Positions 55,582 through 64,000 of a stretch of DNA of 64,000 nucleotides are shown here, in pieces (within the stretch, counting starts at the first letter, position 1; each line of letters opens with the position of its first letter). The stretch is from Nocardiopsis rhodophaea (GTDB lineage: Bacteria; Actinomycetota; Actinomycetes; Streptosporangiales; Streptosporangiaceae), in NCBI RefSeq assembly GCF_039530945.1, contig NZ_BAAAPC010000008.1, forward strand, positions 123,234 to 187,233, in the 5' to 3' direction. Position numbers and translations under genes: made by a program. The notes beneath the pieces are model-generated. The model did not search any database. It had not been told where the DNA came from and saw only the letters and a program-made list of their open reading frames with translations.

Positions 55582-57025
55582 GAGACCCGATCGAGACGGT
55601 CAGCGCAGGGGGCGGGACCAACCCTCACCCGCTGACGCGGCCGCCAGCGGGGGCGCCCCCGGTCGGGGCGGCGCCACGTCCTGGCCGAAACCCGCGGTGT
55701 GGACCCGGTGGCCGTTGCGCGTGCGGCTGGCCGTTTTGACCGCCGTCGTCGTCGCGGGCGCGGTGCTGGCCGGGGCCGGGGTCGCGTTCGTCGTCGTCCG
55801 CCACACCCTCTACGGCGAGCTGGACGGCAGCCTGAGGCGTGAGGCCACCCGCGTCGAGCGGCAGATCGACCGCACCACCTGGCTGGGGTCGGCGGAGTGC
55901 GGGTACGCCACGGCGCCCGCCTGCGTCCAGATCATCGACGCGCGCGGCCGGGTGGAGCCGGAACCGGGGGGTGGGAGCCCGGAGGTGCCCGGGACCGCGG
56001 TCGGGGTCGCCCGGGGCGAACGCGGCGCGCTCTTCGTCGACACACGCATCGGTGAGATCCCGCTGCGCGGCTACATCGCGCCGATCGGGGGCGACCGTGC
56101 CGTGCAGGTCTCGATCCGCTCCGACCGCGTTGAGGCGACCGTCGTCGACGTCGGGGCGCGGCTGGCCCTGGCAGGCGCGGTCGGCGTCGTGCTCGCGGGC
56201 GGGCTCGGCTACCTGGTGGCGCGGACCGGCCTGCGCCCGGTCGCGCGGCTGACCCGCACCGCCGAGACGATCGCCGCCACGCGCGACCCCGGACACCGTA
56301 TCGACGTGTACGGCAGCGATGAGCTCGCCCGGCTCGCCGACAGCTTCAACACCATGCTCGATGAGTTGGAGCGGTCCGTTACCGCGCAGCGGCGGCTGGT
56401 CGCCGATGCCTCCCACGAGCTGCGCACCCCGCTCACCGGGCTGCGCACCAACATCGACCTGCTCGCCCGGGACCTTCCGCCGGAGCGGCGGACGCGGATC
56501 CACCGCACGCTGCGCACGCAGATCACCGAGATGACAGGGCTGGTCAACGACCTCATCGAACTCGCCCGGGACGAGGCTCCCGAGGGGCGGACGGAGGACG
56601 TGCGGCTGGACGAGGTCGTGCGGCACTGCGTCGACTCCGAGCGGCGGAACCGCCCGGGCATCCGCTGTGACGTGCGCGTCGAGCCCACGGTGGTGGTGGG
56701 TGTGCCCGAACGGCTCGCGCGGGCGGTCACCAATCTGCTCGACAACGCCGCGAAGTTCAGTCCGCGGAACGGGCGGGTGGAGGTGGGCCTGGTCGGCGGA
56801 GAGCTGACGGTGCGCGACCATGGGCCCGGCATCGACCCGGTCGATCTGCCCCACGTCTTCGACCGCTTCTACCGGGCCCGGGACGCCCGTGGCCTGCCGG
56901 GATCAGGGCTCGGCCTGGCGATCGTGCGGCAGGTCGCCGAAGGCCACGGGGCAGAACTCCGGGCCGAACCCGCACCGGGTGGCGGGACCGTGTTCCGGAT
57001 GTCGTTCCCCGCGGAGGAGAGATGA
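55574..57025 (+). CDS. Sensor histidine kinase (MprB-like)
   Basis: GTG start overlaps the RR stop. Two TM helices flank a periplasmic loop, then HAMP, H-box (LVADASHELRTPLTGLRTNIDLL) and HATPase (…LLDNAAKFSP…GSGLGLAIV…). Confidence 0.65.
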   Translation: MAERPDRDGQRRGRDQPSPADAAASGGAPGRGGATSWPKPAVWTRWPLRVRLAVLTAVVVAGAVLAGAGVAFVVVRHTLYGELDGSLRREATRVERQIDRTTWLGSAECGYATAPACVQIIDARGRVEPEPGGGSPEVPGTAVGVARGERGALFVDTRIGEIPLRGYIAPIGGDRAVQVSIRSDRVEATVVDVGARLALAGAVGVVLAGGLGYLVARTGLRPVARLTRTAETIAATRDPGHRIDVYGSDELARLADSFNTMLDELERSVTAQRRLVADASHELRTPLTGLRTNIDLLARDLPPERRTRIHRTLRTQITEMTGLVNDLIELARDEAPEGRTEDVRLDEVVRHCVDSERRNRPGIRCDVRVEPTVVVGVPERLARAVTNLLDNAAKFSPRNGRVEVGLVGGELTVRDHGPGIDPVDLPHVFDRFYRARDARGLPGSGLGLAIVRQVAEGHGAELRAEPAPGGGTVFRMSFPAEER

Positions 57026-57731
57026 GCATTCGCCATTGCGCTGATCGCTGGAATCCATAAGGCGGGGGTATGGAGGGGGTCGGCGTCAGCGTCGACAACG
57101 CCGCCGCGAAGATGATCCACAGCCCTGTGGAAATTCCTTTCGCTATGGTCTTTCATGTTTTCCATCTTCTGCTTATAGTGGATTTCAGGTGCAATGATGG
57201 GTTCCGCGCCCCCTGTCCTTCGTCGGTTAGCTCCTTCGGCAGGGGTGCGGAGAAGTCAGCGGCACGCGGGGCTCGCCACCCGTCCAGCGGGTCGGTGTGT
57301 CCGAGCGTCGTCCGCCTAGGCTTTTGGTCCCAAATCCCCAGATCACACGGGTTTTCTTCGGTGGCGGGGGAGATTGGGGCCCCCTACGTTGGCCGCGGCC
57401 AATCCATCGGTCATCCCCCTGTCGTCGCTGGATTCCGCGGTACTCGTGGATACGTGAGTCTCGGCTGTCGCCGCCGTGTGAACCGCTATTACCTGCTTCT
57501 GGCGTGAAGTGCGCGCAGGAGGTCATCGCCGTACTCCCGTCCTGTGTCCAAGGGCCGGATCGGCGAGGCGCGGAGGAGCGAACAAAATCCATGGCCACGC
57601 GGGCGCCACGCCCGCAAAAGAGTGCGCGCTCAATAACTGGGTCGTGCGCTGATCGGTGATTCGACCATCAGCGTTTAGTTGGGCTGCGCTTTTGATCATC
57701 CGTCCTCTGTGCAATTTCGGAAGCATGCCCT

Positions 57732-58280
57732 TTGGGGTTTTGGAGGGAGGAATACATGGGTCTTGGGGAGAGGGGATTCCGGCTCGTTCGGGAGGACATG
57801 GCGCGGCCCACGATGCGTGCGGCGGCGGCCGTCTCCACCGCGCTGGTACTCGTCACACTCGGTCCGGTCTCCGACAGCAACGCCGCAGTTCAGAGCCCTA
57901 TGCACGCCCCGACGCAGGCGAAGGGCGCCGCGTCCGCCGCGGCGTCCCATGCCCTGAACCAGGTCGGAAAGCCCTACCGCTACGGGGCGGCCGGACCGGG
58001 GGCATTCGACTGCTCGGGTCTGGTGCAGTGGTCCTACCGCAAGGCCGGAAAGTCCACCGGGCGCACCACCTACGCCCAGTTCCGACGGGGCACACCGGTT
58101 TCCCGGTCGTCCTTGCGCAAGGGAGATCTGGTGTTCTTCTATTCGGGTCCGGGCCACGTCGGGGTGTATATCGGTAACGGCCGTATGGTCCACGCCCCCC
58201 GCTCCGGCAAGAACGTTCACATCACCAGGATGTCGGCCTACTTCGACCGCTACTTCGTCGGAGCGCGGCGTATCGCCTGA
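57732..58280 (+). CDS. Secreted NlpC/P60 (C40) peptidoglycan endopeptidase, paralogue of 51520..52044
   Basis: Same catalytic core as the 51520 gene (…YRYGAAGPGAFDCSGLVQWSYRKAGK…HVGVYIGNGRMVHAP…) and a near-identical C-terminus. Start may be the internal ATG at 57804 (signal peptide MARPTMRAAAAVSTALVLVTLG). Confidence 0.65.
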   Translation: MGFWREEYMGLGERGFRLVREDMARPTMRAAAAVSTALVLVTLGPVSDSNAAVQSPMHAPTQAKGAASAAASHALNQVGKPYRYGAAGPGAFDCSGLVQWSYRKAGKSTGRTTYAQFRRGTPVSRSSLRKGDLVFFYSGPGHVGVYIGNGRMVHAPRSGKNVHITRMSAYFDRYFVGARRIA

Positions 58281-58768
58281 GCACTGAGGATTCTCCGGAG
58301 GAACCACCCACGTCCCATCGCCGTGTTACCCGTGTACGCCGGATAGCGGGTTCTCCTGGCAAGCACGGCGATGGGTCTCCGGATGTTCGCTTCTTCGTTC
58401 TTCTCTTCTCTGCGGACGCGTCATGTTCTCCCGGAGCCGTTCGCCCTATTGTCCGCGGCCGAACTCGCGCTGCCGTGAAGATGCGCCGTCCTCGTGCTCC
58501 CCTAACCCCGACATTGATTCGCCAACCGGACCCGCGCGCAGCGCCGGGTATTTGAATCCCTCGATGCCACGTCGGCCGCTCCTCAGTTGATGCCGGGACC
58601 GTATCCCGGGGTGCTTCGAGCGTGGCTTGGCGTACGTCCCAATAGGAATATCGATACGCATGGCCCGGTGTCGGGAGGAACCCGTCGCCGCTATTCGGTA
58701 TGCGCGGGGCAGCGGTCGCACGACCGCCGCCCGACATTCGCGCGCCGCGAATGGCGCCGAACGGCTTA

Positions 58769-59056
58769 TCAACCCACGACGATCGCACCGGCCGGGACCG
58801 GATCGCCGAAGGTCACCGAGCCGGAGCCGGTAGCGAGGGCCTGCCCGCCCTGGCAGGAGGTTCCCTCGTACAGCGCGTACCGGGTGGGCGCTTCGGTGCC
58901 GATCGAGACGACCCCGCCCTGGTCGGCGTCGAGGACCCGGCAACCTCCGGCCTCGACCACCTGCTCGTGCCCCGATTCGAAGGTGACCGTCACCGGACGG
59001 ACGTGGCCGGCCGTGCCGGACATACCGGCCAGCGCCCCGGCGATGGTGGCGGACAT
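58769..59056 (-). CDS. Small hypothetical protein (about 95 aa)
   Basis: High-GC3 ORF from ATG at 59056 (MSATIAGALAGMSGTAGHVRPVTVTFESGHEQVVEAGGCRVLD…). Confidence 0.35.
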   Translation of the reverse strand: MSATIAGALAGMSGTAGHVRPVTVTFESGHEQVVEAGGCRVLDADQGGVVSIGTEAPTRYALYEGTSCQGGQALATGSGSVTFGDPVPAGAIVVG

Positions 59057-59289
59057 GGTGGCGAGGTTCGCTGGGCGGATCGGCACGGTTGCCTTCCCTC
59101 TACGGAGCGGGCGGATCACTACTCCCTGTCATTTACCTACATCGGCTGGTCGAGCAGGGGGAACCGCCGCCGGTGTGTCGCGGTCGGATCTGCGCGGGAG
59201 CGCACGGACCGGGGCGGGCGCCGCGCCGCCCGCGCCAACGGATAGTGTGGTGGCGCGCCGCATCGGGTCCAGGATGAGGGAGGACAACC

Positions 59290-59595
59290 GTGGCCTCGGT
59301 CTACGCCCTGTTCCACGTGCTGTTCGCCGGATTCGATGAGCTGTGGTCGCTTGTGCCCACGGCAGCTCCGGCCGGTGCGCTGGCCGTGCTGGCCCTTGTC
59401 GCCGTCGGCGCCGCGCTGAGCTGGATCTCCGTCCGCGGACTGCGCGCGTGGCCCCCGTTCGACGACGGTGAGGTCGACCGGTCCCGCGCCATGCTCTGGC
59501 GCTCCCAGCGCCTCACCCCGCCGCCACTGCGCGACCCCGATGCCCCCGGCAAGCCGCGCCCCCGGGCGCCCGGAGCGGTCCGGGTGGCCGTGTAG
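59290..59595 (+). CDS. Small membrane protein
   Basis: Two hydrophobic helices (VYALFHVLFAGF…, LAVLALVAVGAALSWISV) then a Pro/Arg-rich tail. Precedes the YidC-like gene. Confidence 0.4.
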   Translation: MASVYALFHVLFAGFDELWSLVPTAAPAGALAVLALVAVGAALSWISVRGLRAWPPFDDGEVDRSRAMLWRSQRLTPPPLRDPDAPGKPRPRAPGAVRVAV

Positions 59596-59748
59596 CCCGG
59601 ACGCGGCCGCGGCGTCGGCACCGCGTTTTCCCGCTCTCGCCGCGTACTAGCGTTCCCGCGTCCCTTTTCGCGTTCCCACGCGTGTCCTGCCGCGCGGCCA
59701 CCTCGTCCTGCGTCCGCTGCACCCACCAGACGAGGGGCTTGCTCACCC

Positions 59749-60480
59749 ATGTACACCTTCGGCCCGATCGCGGCCGCTATCGCCGCCGTATCGACCGTCC
59801 TCACCACGCTCACCGCCGCCGCCACCCCGATCGCCGGTGCCGCCGGCGCGGCCGTCGCCGTCGTGTGCCTTACCGTCCTCGTCCGTATGGCGGTCCTGCC
59901 GCTGTCCGTCGCCCAGGTCCGCGGCGAGAAGGCGCGGGCACGCCTCGCTCCCCAACTCATGGCGCTGCGGAAGAAGCACGCCAAGAACCCCGAGCGGATG
60001 CTCGCCGAGCAGCGCCGGGTGTACGCGGAGGAGGGCACGTCGCCGCTGGCCGGAATCCTGCCGATGTTCGTCCAGATGCCCGTGTTCATCGTGCTCAACG
60101 GGGTGTTCACCAGCGCGACCGTCGCCGGCGCCCCGAACGACCTGCTCCTCCACACCCTCTCCGGCATCCCGCTGGGAGCCAGGCTCGGCGACGTCATCGC
60201 TGGCGGCCTCACACCGCAGGTCCTGGTCTACGCCGCGCTGCTCGCCGTCATCGCCGCGGTGGCGTGGGCGTCGCGCCGGTGGCTGACCCTGCCCGCGCTC
60301 AAGGCCGGCGCCGAGTCCGGCGCCCCGCAGCTCCCCGGAACACGGATCATGTCCTACCTGCCGTTCGGCACGGTCGCCATCGCCGCCGTCGTCCCGCTGG
60401 CCGCCGGTCTCTACCTGGCGACGACCACGGCCTGGACGGTAGCCGAGCGCTTGGCGCTGCGCCACCTGATCACCGGCTGA
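59749..60480 (+). CDS. YidC/Oxa1-family membrane protein insertase-like protein (short form)
   Basis: Conserved insertase core …VRMAVLPLSVAQVRGEKARARLAPQLMALRKKHAKNPERMLAEQRRVYAEEGTSPLAGILPMFVQMPVFIVL…. Confidence 0.55.
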   Translation: MYTFGPIAAAIAAVSTVLTTLTAAATPIAGAAGAAVAVVCLTVLVRMAVLPLSVAQVRGEKARARLAPQLMALRKKHAKNPERMLAEQRRVYAEEGTSPLAGILPMFVQMPVFIVLNGVFTSATVAGAPNDLLLHTLSGIPLGARLGDVIAGGLTPQVLVYAALLAVIAAVAWASRRWLTLPALKAGAESGAPQLPGTRIMSYLPFGTVAIAAVVPLAAGLYLATTTAWTVAERLALRHLITG

Positions 60481-60542
60481 CGCCAACCGGACGCGGCGGG
60501 GCGGAAGAAAAGGTCGGCCCCCTCTGCCCCGCCCGCTGCCGC

Positions 60543-61748
60543 CTACGAAGTGCTGAGGCAGTCCGAGCGCTCCTCATCCGTACCCGCCGACACGGACGCT
60601 GTCCCGGCTCCGGAGCCGCGCTGGAACATGTCAGGTAGCAGGCTGAGCAGGCCGAGGACGGCCACTCCGGCACCGAGCCACAGCGGGGCGGTGAGCCCGC
60701 ATCCGGTACTGATCACCATGCCGCCGCCCCAGGAACCGATGACGACCCCGGTGGTGATGACCGACGAGTGCACCGTGTTGACCAGGGCTCCGTCATTGCC
60801 GACGCGCATGACCCGGGCCGCCATGGCCGGGTTCATGGTCACACCCACGAGGCCGATCAGGATCAGGGCGGCGACAGCGAGCACACGGATCTCGGCAAAA
60901 CCGGCGAAGACGACGAGCGCGGCGGTCAGGGCGAGGAGACCGACGGTCAGAACCGGGAGCGTGTAGTTGTCGGCCAGCCGGCCCACGACCGCGTTGCCCA
61001 CGACGGTGGCCAGACCGTAGGCGGCCAGCAGCAGCGGCACGGTCTCGGGCGCGAAGCCGCTGACGTCGGTCAGGATCGGGACGAAGTAGCTGAAAGCGGC
61101 GAACGTGGCGCCAATGATGAGCATGCTGGTGGCGTAGACCGCCCACAGCCGCGCGTTCACGAGCGCCGCCACTTCCGCCCGCACGCTCACCGATTCAGGG
61201 TTGGGGGAGGACGCGAGGAGGCGGAGGATGACCAGTCCGGTCAGCAGAACCAGAACGGCCACCGACCAGAAGCTCGCCCGCCAGCCGAAGTACTGGCTGA
61301 TGAGGGTCGCTGCCGGGAGCCCGGCGACGGTGCCGATCATCAGGCCGCCGATCGCGACCGACACGGCCCGGCCACGCAACTGTGGTCCGACCATCTCGGC
61401 GCACGTCGCGAGCCCGACACCGAAGAATGCGGCCGACGCGACCCCGGTGATGACGCGCGCGGCCATCATCATCCCGTATCCGGTGGAGAGCGCCCCCATG
61501 GCCTGTCCGAGGAAGTACACCGCGATCAGTGTCAGAAGCGCGGTCTTGCGGGACGTCCGGAGTAGTCCGATGGTGAGAAACGGGCCGCCCAGCGTCATGG
61601 CGGCCGCGTAGGCGGTGATCAGGTATCCGACCGCGGCGATCGACACCCCGAACTCCTCTGCGAGCGCGGGCATGAGGCCCGACACCATGAACTCGCTGGT
61701 AGTCATGGAGAACACCCCGAGACCGATCACGTAGACGGCTAACGGCAT
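60543..61748 (-). CDS. MFS transporter (12 TM)
   Basis: From ATG at 61748 with an AAGGAGAGG RBS: MPLAVYVIGLGVFSMTTSEFMVSGLMPALAEEFGVS… The upstream in-frame extension is non-coding-like. Confidence 0.65.
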   Translation of the reverse strand: MPLAVYVIGLGVFSMTTSEFMVSGLMPALAEEFGVSIAAVGYLITAYAAAMTLGGPFLTIGLLRTSRKTALLTLIAVYFLGQAMGALSTGYGMMMAARVITGVASAAFFGVGLATCAEMVGPQLRGRAVSVAIGGLMIGTVAGLPAATLISQYFGWRASFWSVAVLVLLTGLVILRLLASSPNPESVSVRAEVAALVNARLWAVYATSMLIIGATFAAFSYFVPILTDVSGFAPETVPLLLAAYGLATVVGNAVVGRLADNYTLPVLTVGLLALTAALVVFAGFAEIRVLAVAALILIGLVGVTMNPAMAARVMRVGNDGALVNTVHSSVITTGVVIGSWGGGMVISTGCGLTAPLWLGAGVAVLGLLSLLPDMFQRGSGAGTASVSAGTDEERSDCLSTS

Positions 61749-61902
61749 GGGGACAACCTCTCCTTCGTGCGGTCGTCTCGACGACCATTTTTGATCGTTC
61801 AGTACAAAATGAGTGCAGGAAAAAACCAAGGTGCGGCCGCACACGGGCAGGCGATGCCCAGGCAGTGCCTTCAAGGGACGCGGAGGACCTGGGCGAGAGA
61901 AT

Positions 61903-62481
61903 TCAGAGTGCGGAGAGGGTGCCCTCCACGATGTCGTCCAGGGCCGATCGATCCTGGCTGACCTTGCCGAGCACACGAAGTCCGTAGTAGGCGCTGAGCA
62001 CGCACCGCGCCGCCTGGCGTGGATCCCGGTCGGCGGAGATCTCACCAAGCTCCTGGCCGACGACGATCACGTCGCGGATGGCGTCCTCCAGCCGCTTGAA
62101 CGAGCGATCGGCCAGCCGCGCCACGACCTCGTCGCGCCCCGCGGGTTCGACGGCGGCGTTGATCGCCATGCAGCCGCGCCTCCGCGGATCGTCCATGTCG
62201 ATGTCGATGACCCGCGTCATCAGCCTGCGCAGCCGGTCCTTCGCTGTTCCCGAGCCGCTCAGCAGCTCCAGCTGGTCCTGGAATCCGTCCTCGGTATAGC
62301 GACGCAGCGCCTCTTCGTACAGGCGCTGTTTGTTGCCGAAGGCGTTGTAGAGGCTCCCGCGTCCCAGGCCAGTGCCTTCGCACAGGTCGCCCGTGGAGGT
62401 GGCCTCGTAGCCCTTCGACCAGAACACCTCCATCGCGGCTTCGATGGCGGCGGTGTTGTCGAACTCCCTTGGTCTGCCCAC
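61903..62481 (-). CDS. TetR-family transcriptional regulator
   Basis: VGRPREFDNTAAIEAAMEVFWSKGYEATSTGDLCEGTGLGRGSLYNAFGNKQRLYEEAL is a TetR HTH. GTG start at 62481 is preferred. A 10-bp palindrome TCTGTACAGA lies at 62500..62509 just upstream. Confidence 0.6.
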   Translation of the reverse strand: MGRPREFDNTAAIEAAMEVFWSKGYEATSTGDLCEGTGLGRGSLYNAFGNKQRLYEEALRRYTEDGFQDQLELLSGSGTAKDRLRRLMTRVIDIDMDDPRRRGCMAINAAVEPAGRDEVVARLADRSFKRLEDAIRDVIVVGQELGEISADRDPRQAARCVLSAYYGLRVLGKVSQDRSALDDIVEGTLSAL

Positions 62482-62770
62482 GGTACGAGTTCTATCTTTT
62501 CTGTACAGATCGGTCAAATACTGGTGGCGCGAACCTGTCCGCACGAAAGAAGAGGGGGTTCGGGCGGGGGAAGGGCCCCACCCGTCCCCCGCGGTGCGCT
62601 GATACGGGTCTGGCGCTCCGGGGTCGTGAACGCCGATGCGTCCTCTCACCGGCCGTGGTTCCGGTAGGGCGCGGAAAACACGGTCGGGCAGTGGCTGGCC
62701 GACGCGCCAGTCTCATCCGCGGAGGAGGGAGAACGGGTGCGGGTGTGGGGAGTCCCCACACCCCTGTGTC

Positions 62771-63412
62771 CTACATCGGCACGTTCACGCAGCCCAGCCG
62801 ATCCCCGGCCTTGCCGGCCTCGCCGGGTCCCGTCTTTGTGTGGTTCTCGTGGATGACCACCGAGTTCGCCTCGCCCTGCCGTGGCCGGAAGTCGACGGTC
62901 GCTGTGGACTCCGCGTTGCCCTCGCCGTCGGTCGTGAAGTCCAGCCAGACCTCGTTCTCGGGGTTGGCGTAGGCGGGGTTAGTCGATGGACTCCCTTCGG
63001 GGTCGGCGTTGTGCTGGTAGTGCGGTCCGGAGTCGGCCGGGTCCTTGCCGCAGGGCTTGGTGTGGACGTGCGAGCCGTAGTCGCGATCGGGTTCGAGGCC
63101 GCGCACGGTGAGGGTGAACCGGGTACCCGCGTCTCCCTCTGGTTGGACCTCGACGTCGACGGCCTTCCCCTCGGGGACGGCGTCGTCGTAGGTGATGGCG
63201 GTGGCGTCGGGCGAGTAGGGCTCCCATGTTCCCGAGACCTGGATCGGGGAGAATTCCGCCTCGTCTCCGCCGCCGTTTTCCGGTGATGGCGCGGGCTCGG
63301 TGCCGGTCGGCGTTGCGGGGGTGTCGTTCGCGTCTGTTGTGTCGGCTCCGCCGCAACCGGCGAGCAGCAGCGAGGCGAGCGCGGATCCAATGAGGGCGCG
63401 GGGCATGGGCAC
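62771..63412 (-). CDS. sodC: Cu/Zn superoxide dismutase family lipoprotein
   Basis: Lipobox LLLAGCGG, then …HVHTKPCGKDPADSGPHYQHN… and …VVIHENHTKTG…GDRLGCVNVP, the SodC signatures. Confidence 0.7.
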   Translation of the reverse strand: MPMPRALIGSALASLLLAGCGGADTTDANDTPATPTGTEPAPSPENGGGDEAEFSPIQVSGTWEPYSPDATAITYDDAVPEGKAVDVEVQPEGDAGTRFTLTVRGLEPDRDYGSHVHTKPCGKDPADSGPHYQHNADPEGSPSTNPAYANPENEVWLDFTTDGEGNAESTATVDFRPRQGEANSVVIHENHTKTGPGEAGKAGDRLGCVNVPM

Positions 63413-63482
63413 GGGAAAGACTCCTCGGCTCGGGTCGGCGTGCTGGATTGCCCGGGAAACGCTACCTAAGGTGTCCGTCCCA

Positions 63483-63968
63483 TTACAGACTTGTGCTGTC
63501 GGCCGGGGAAAATGTAGGGGGTTTGGGAGGCCCGAAGCTGTCCTTAAAGGTGAACGCCTCGGCCGTGGGTCCGTGATGGCGCAGCAGGGACAGGCGCTCG
63601 CCCGCCTCGTCGAGCGTGGGGATGTGCCCGGCGGGGATCCACCACAGCACCAGGCCCGCGTCCCGCATGTGCCGGAACCACTCGCGTCTGCGGCGGAGCA
63701 GGTCGATGTGGTCGCTGCGGTACGTGAACTCCCACAGCGCCTCCCACGACGCCCACACGGAGAGATTGATCAGGAGGTCGTCCCCGAACGGGCGGGCATC
63801 GGTGGCGTCGTCACTGCCCTCGTCGGTGTAGCGCCACACAAAGCCGGGGCTGGCGTCGGCGAGTGCGTTGATGGGTGCGAGGTTGTCTACGAATCCGGCC
63901 ATCGAGGGGTCGTCGAGGGGAGCGTTGAGGGTGCCCACGTTCAGTTGGGCGAGATGGTGGTCGGCCAT
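63483..63968 (-). CDS. DUF3291-family protein
   Basis: …MADHHLAQLNVGTLNAPLDDPSMAGFVDNLAPINALADASPGFVWRY… is typical of the DUF3291 family. Start at 63968 or 63989. Confidence 0.5.
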   Translation of the reverse strand: MADHHLAQLNVGTLNAPLDDPSMAGFVDNLAPINALADASPGFVWRYTDEGSDDATDARPFGDDLLINLSVWASWEALWEFTYRSDHIDLLRRRREWFRHMRDAGLVLWWIPAGHIPTLDEAGERLSLLRHHGPTAEAFTFKDSFGPPKPPTFSPADSTSL

Positions 63969-64000
63969 GGCCCTCAGCATGGCCCCCACCTGAGCTCTAA

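Overview
High-GC (about 70%) actinomycete chromosomal segment, Streptomyces/Nocardiopsis-like, mostly core and housekeeping genes plus two candidate accessory loci. Core content includes a minus-strand heat-shock block, dnaK-grpE-dnaJ-hspR (40.5-42.4 kb down to 38.0 kb) with an HspR-type HAIR operator upstream, and clpB just below it. Also present are a FadE-like long acyl-CoA dehydrogenase, a membrane-anchored Fe-S reductase, a GntR+MFS pair, a TetR+MFS pair, an MprAB-like two-component system, two paralogous NlpC/P60 hydrolases, D-aminoacylase, RidA, Cu/Zn-SOD, DivIVA-domain protein, PrsW protease, an ArsR-SRPBCC fusion regulator and GNAT acetyltransferases. Two regions stand out. (1) A low-GC island (about 6.0-9.7 kb, roughly 45-50% GC) carries a small protein, an 846-aa protein and a small membrane protein. 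It sits directly beside a divergently transcribed WXG100 (EsxB/EsxA-like) pair, a single-TM protein and a TM-anchored pseudokinase. The layout resembles a type VII-secretion effector/immunity locus. (2) A gene set NfeD-like, long flotillin, then a translationally coupled 1744-aa protein ending in a MoxR/AAA_5-like ATPase (25.75-33.9 kb, minus strand), closed by a strong terminator hairpin. This is an uncharacterised membrane-microdomain-associated ATPase system. A 14/15-identical operator-like palindrome occurs upstream of both the FadE-like gene and the Fe-S reductase gene 17 kb apart. There is also a decayed VapC (PIN) toxin remnant next to clpB. Many long ORFs in the six-frame track are antisense artefacts of high GC. 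No rRNA, tRNA or CRISPR was recognised.
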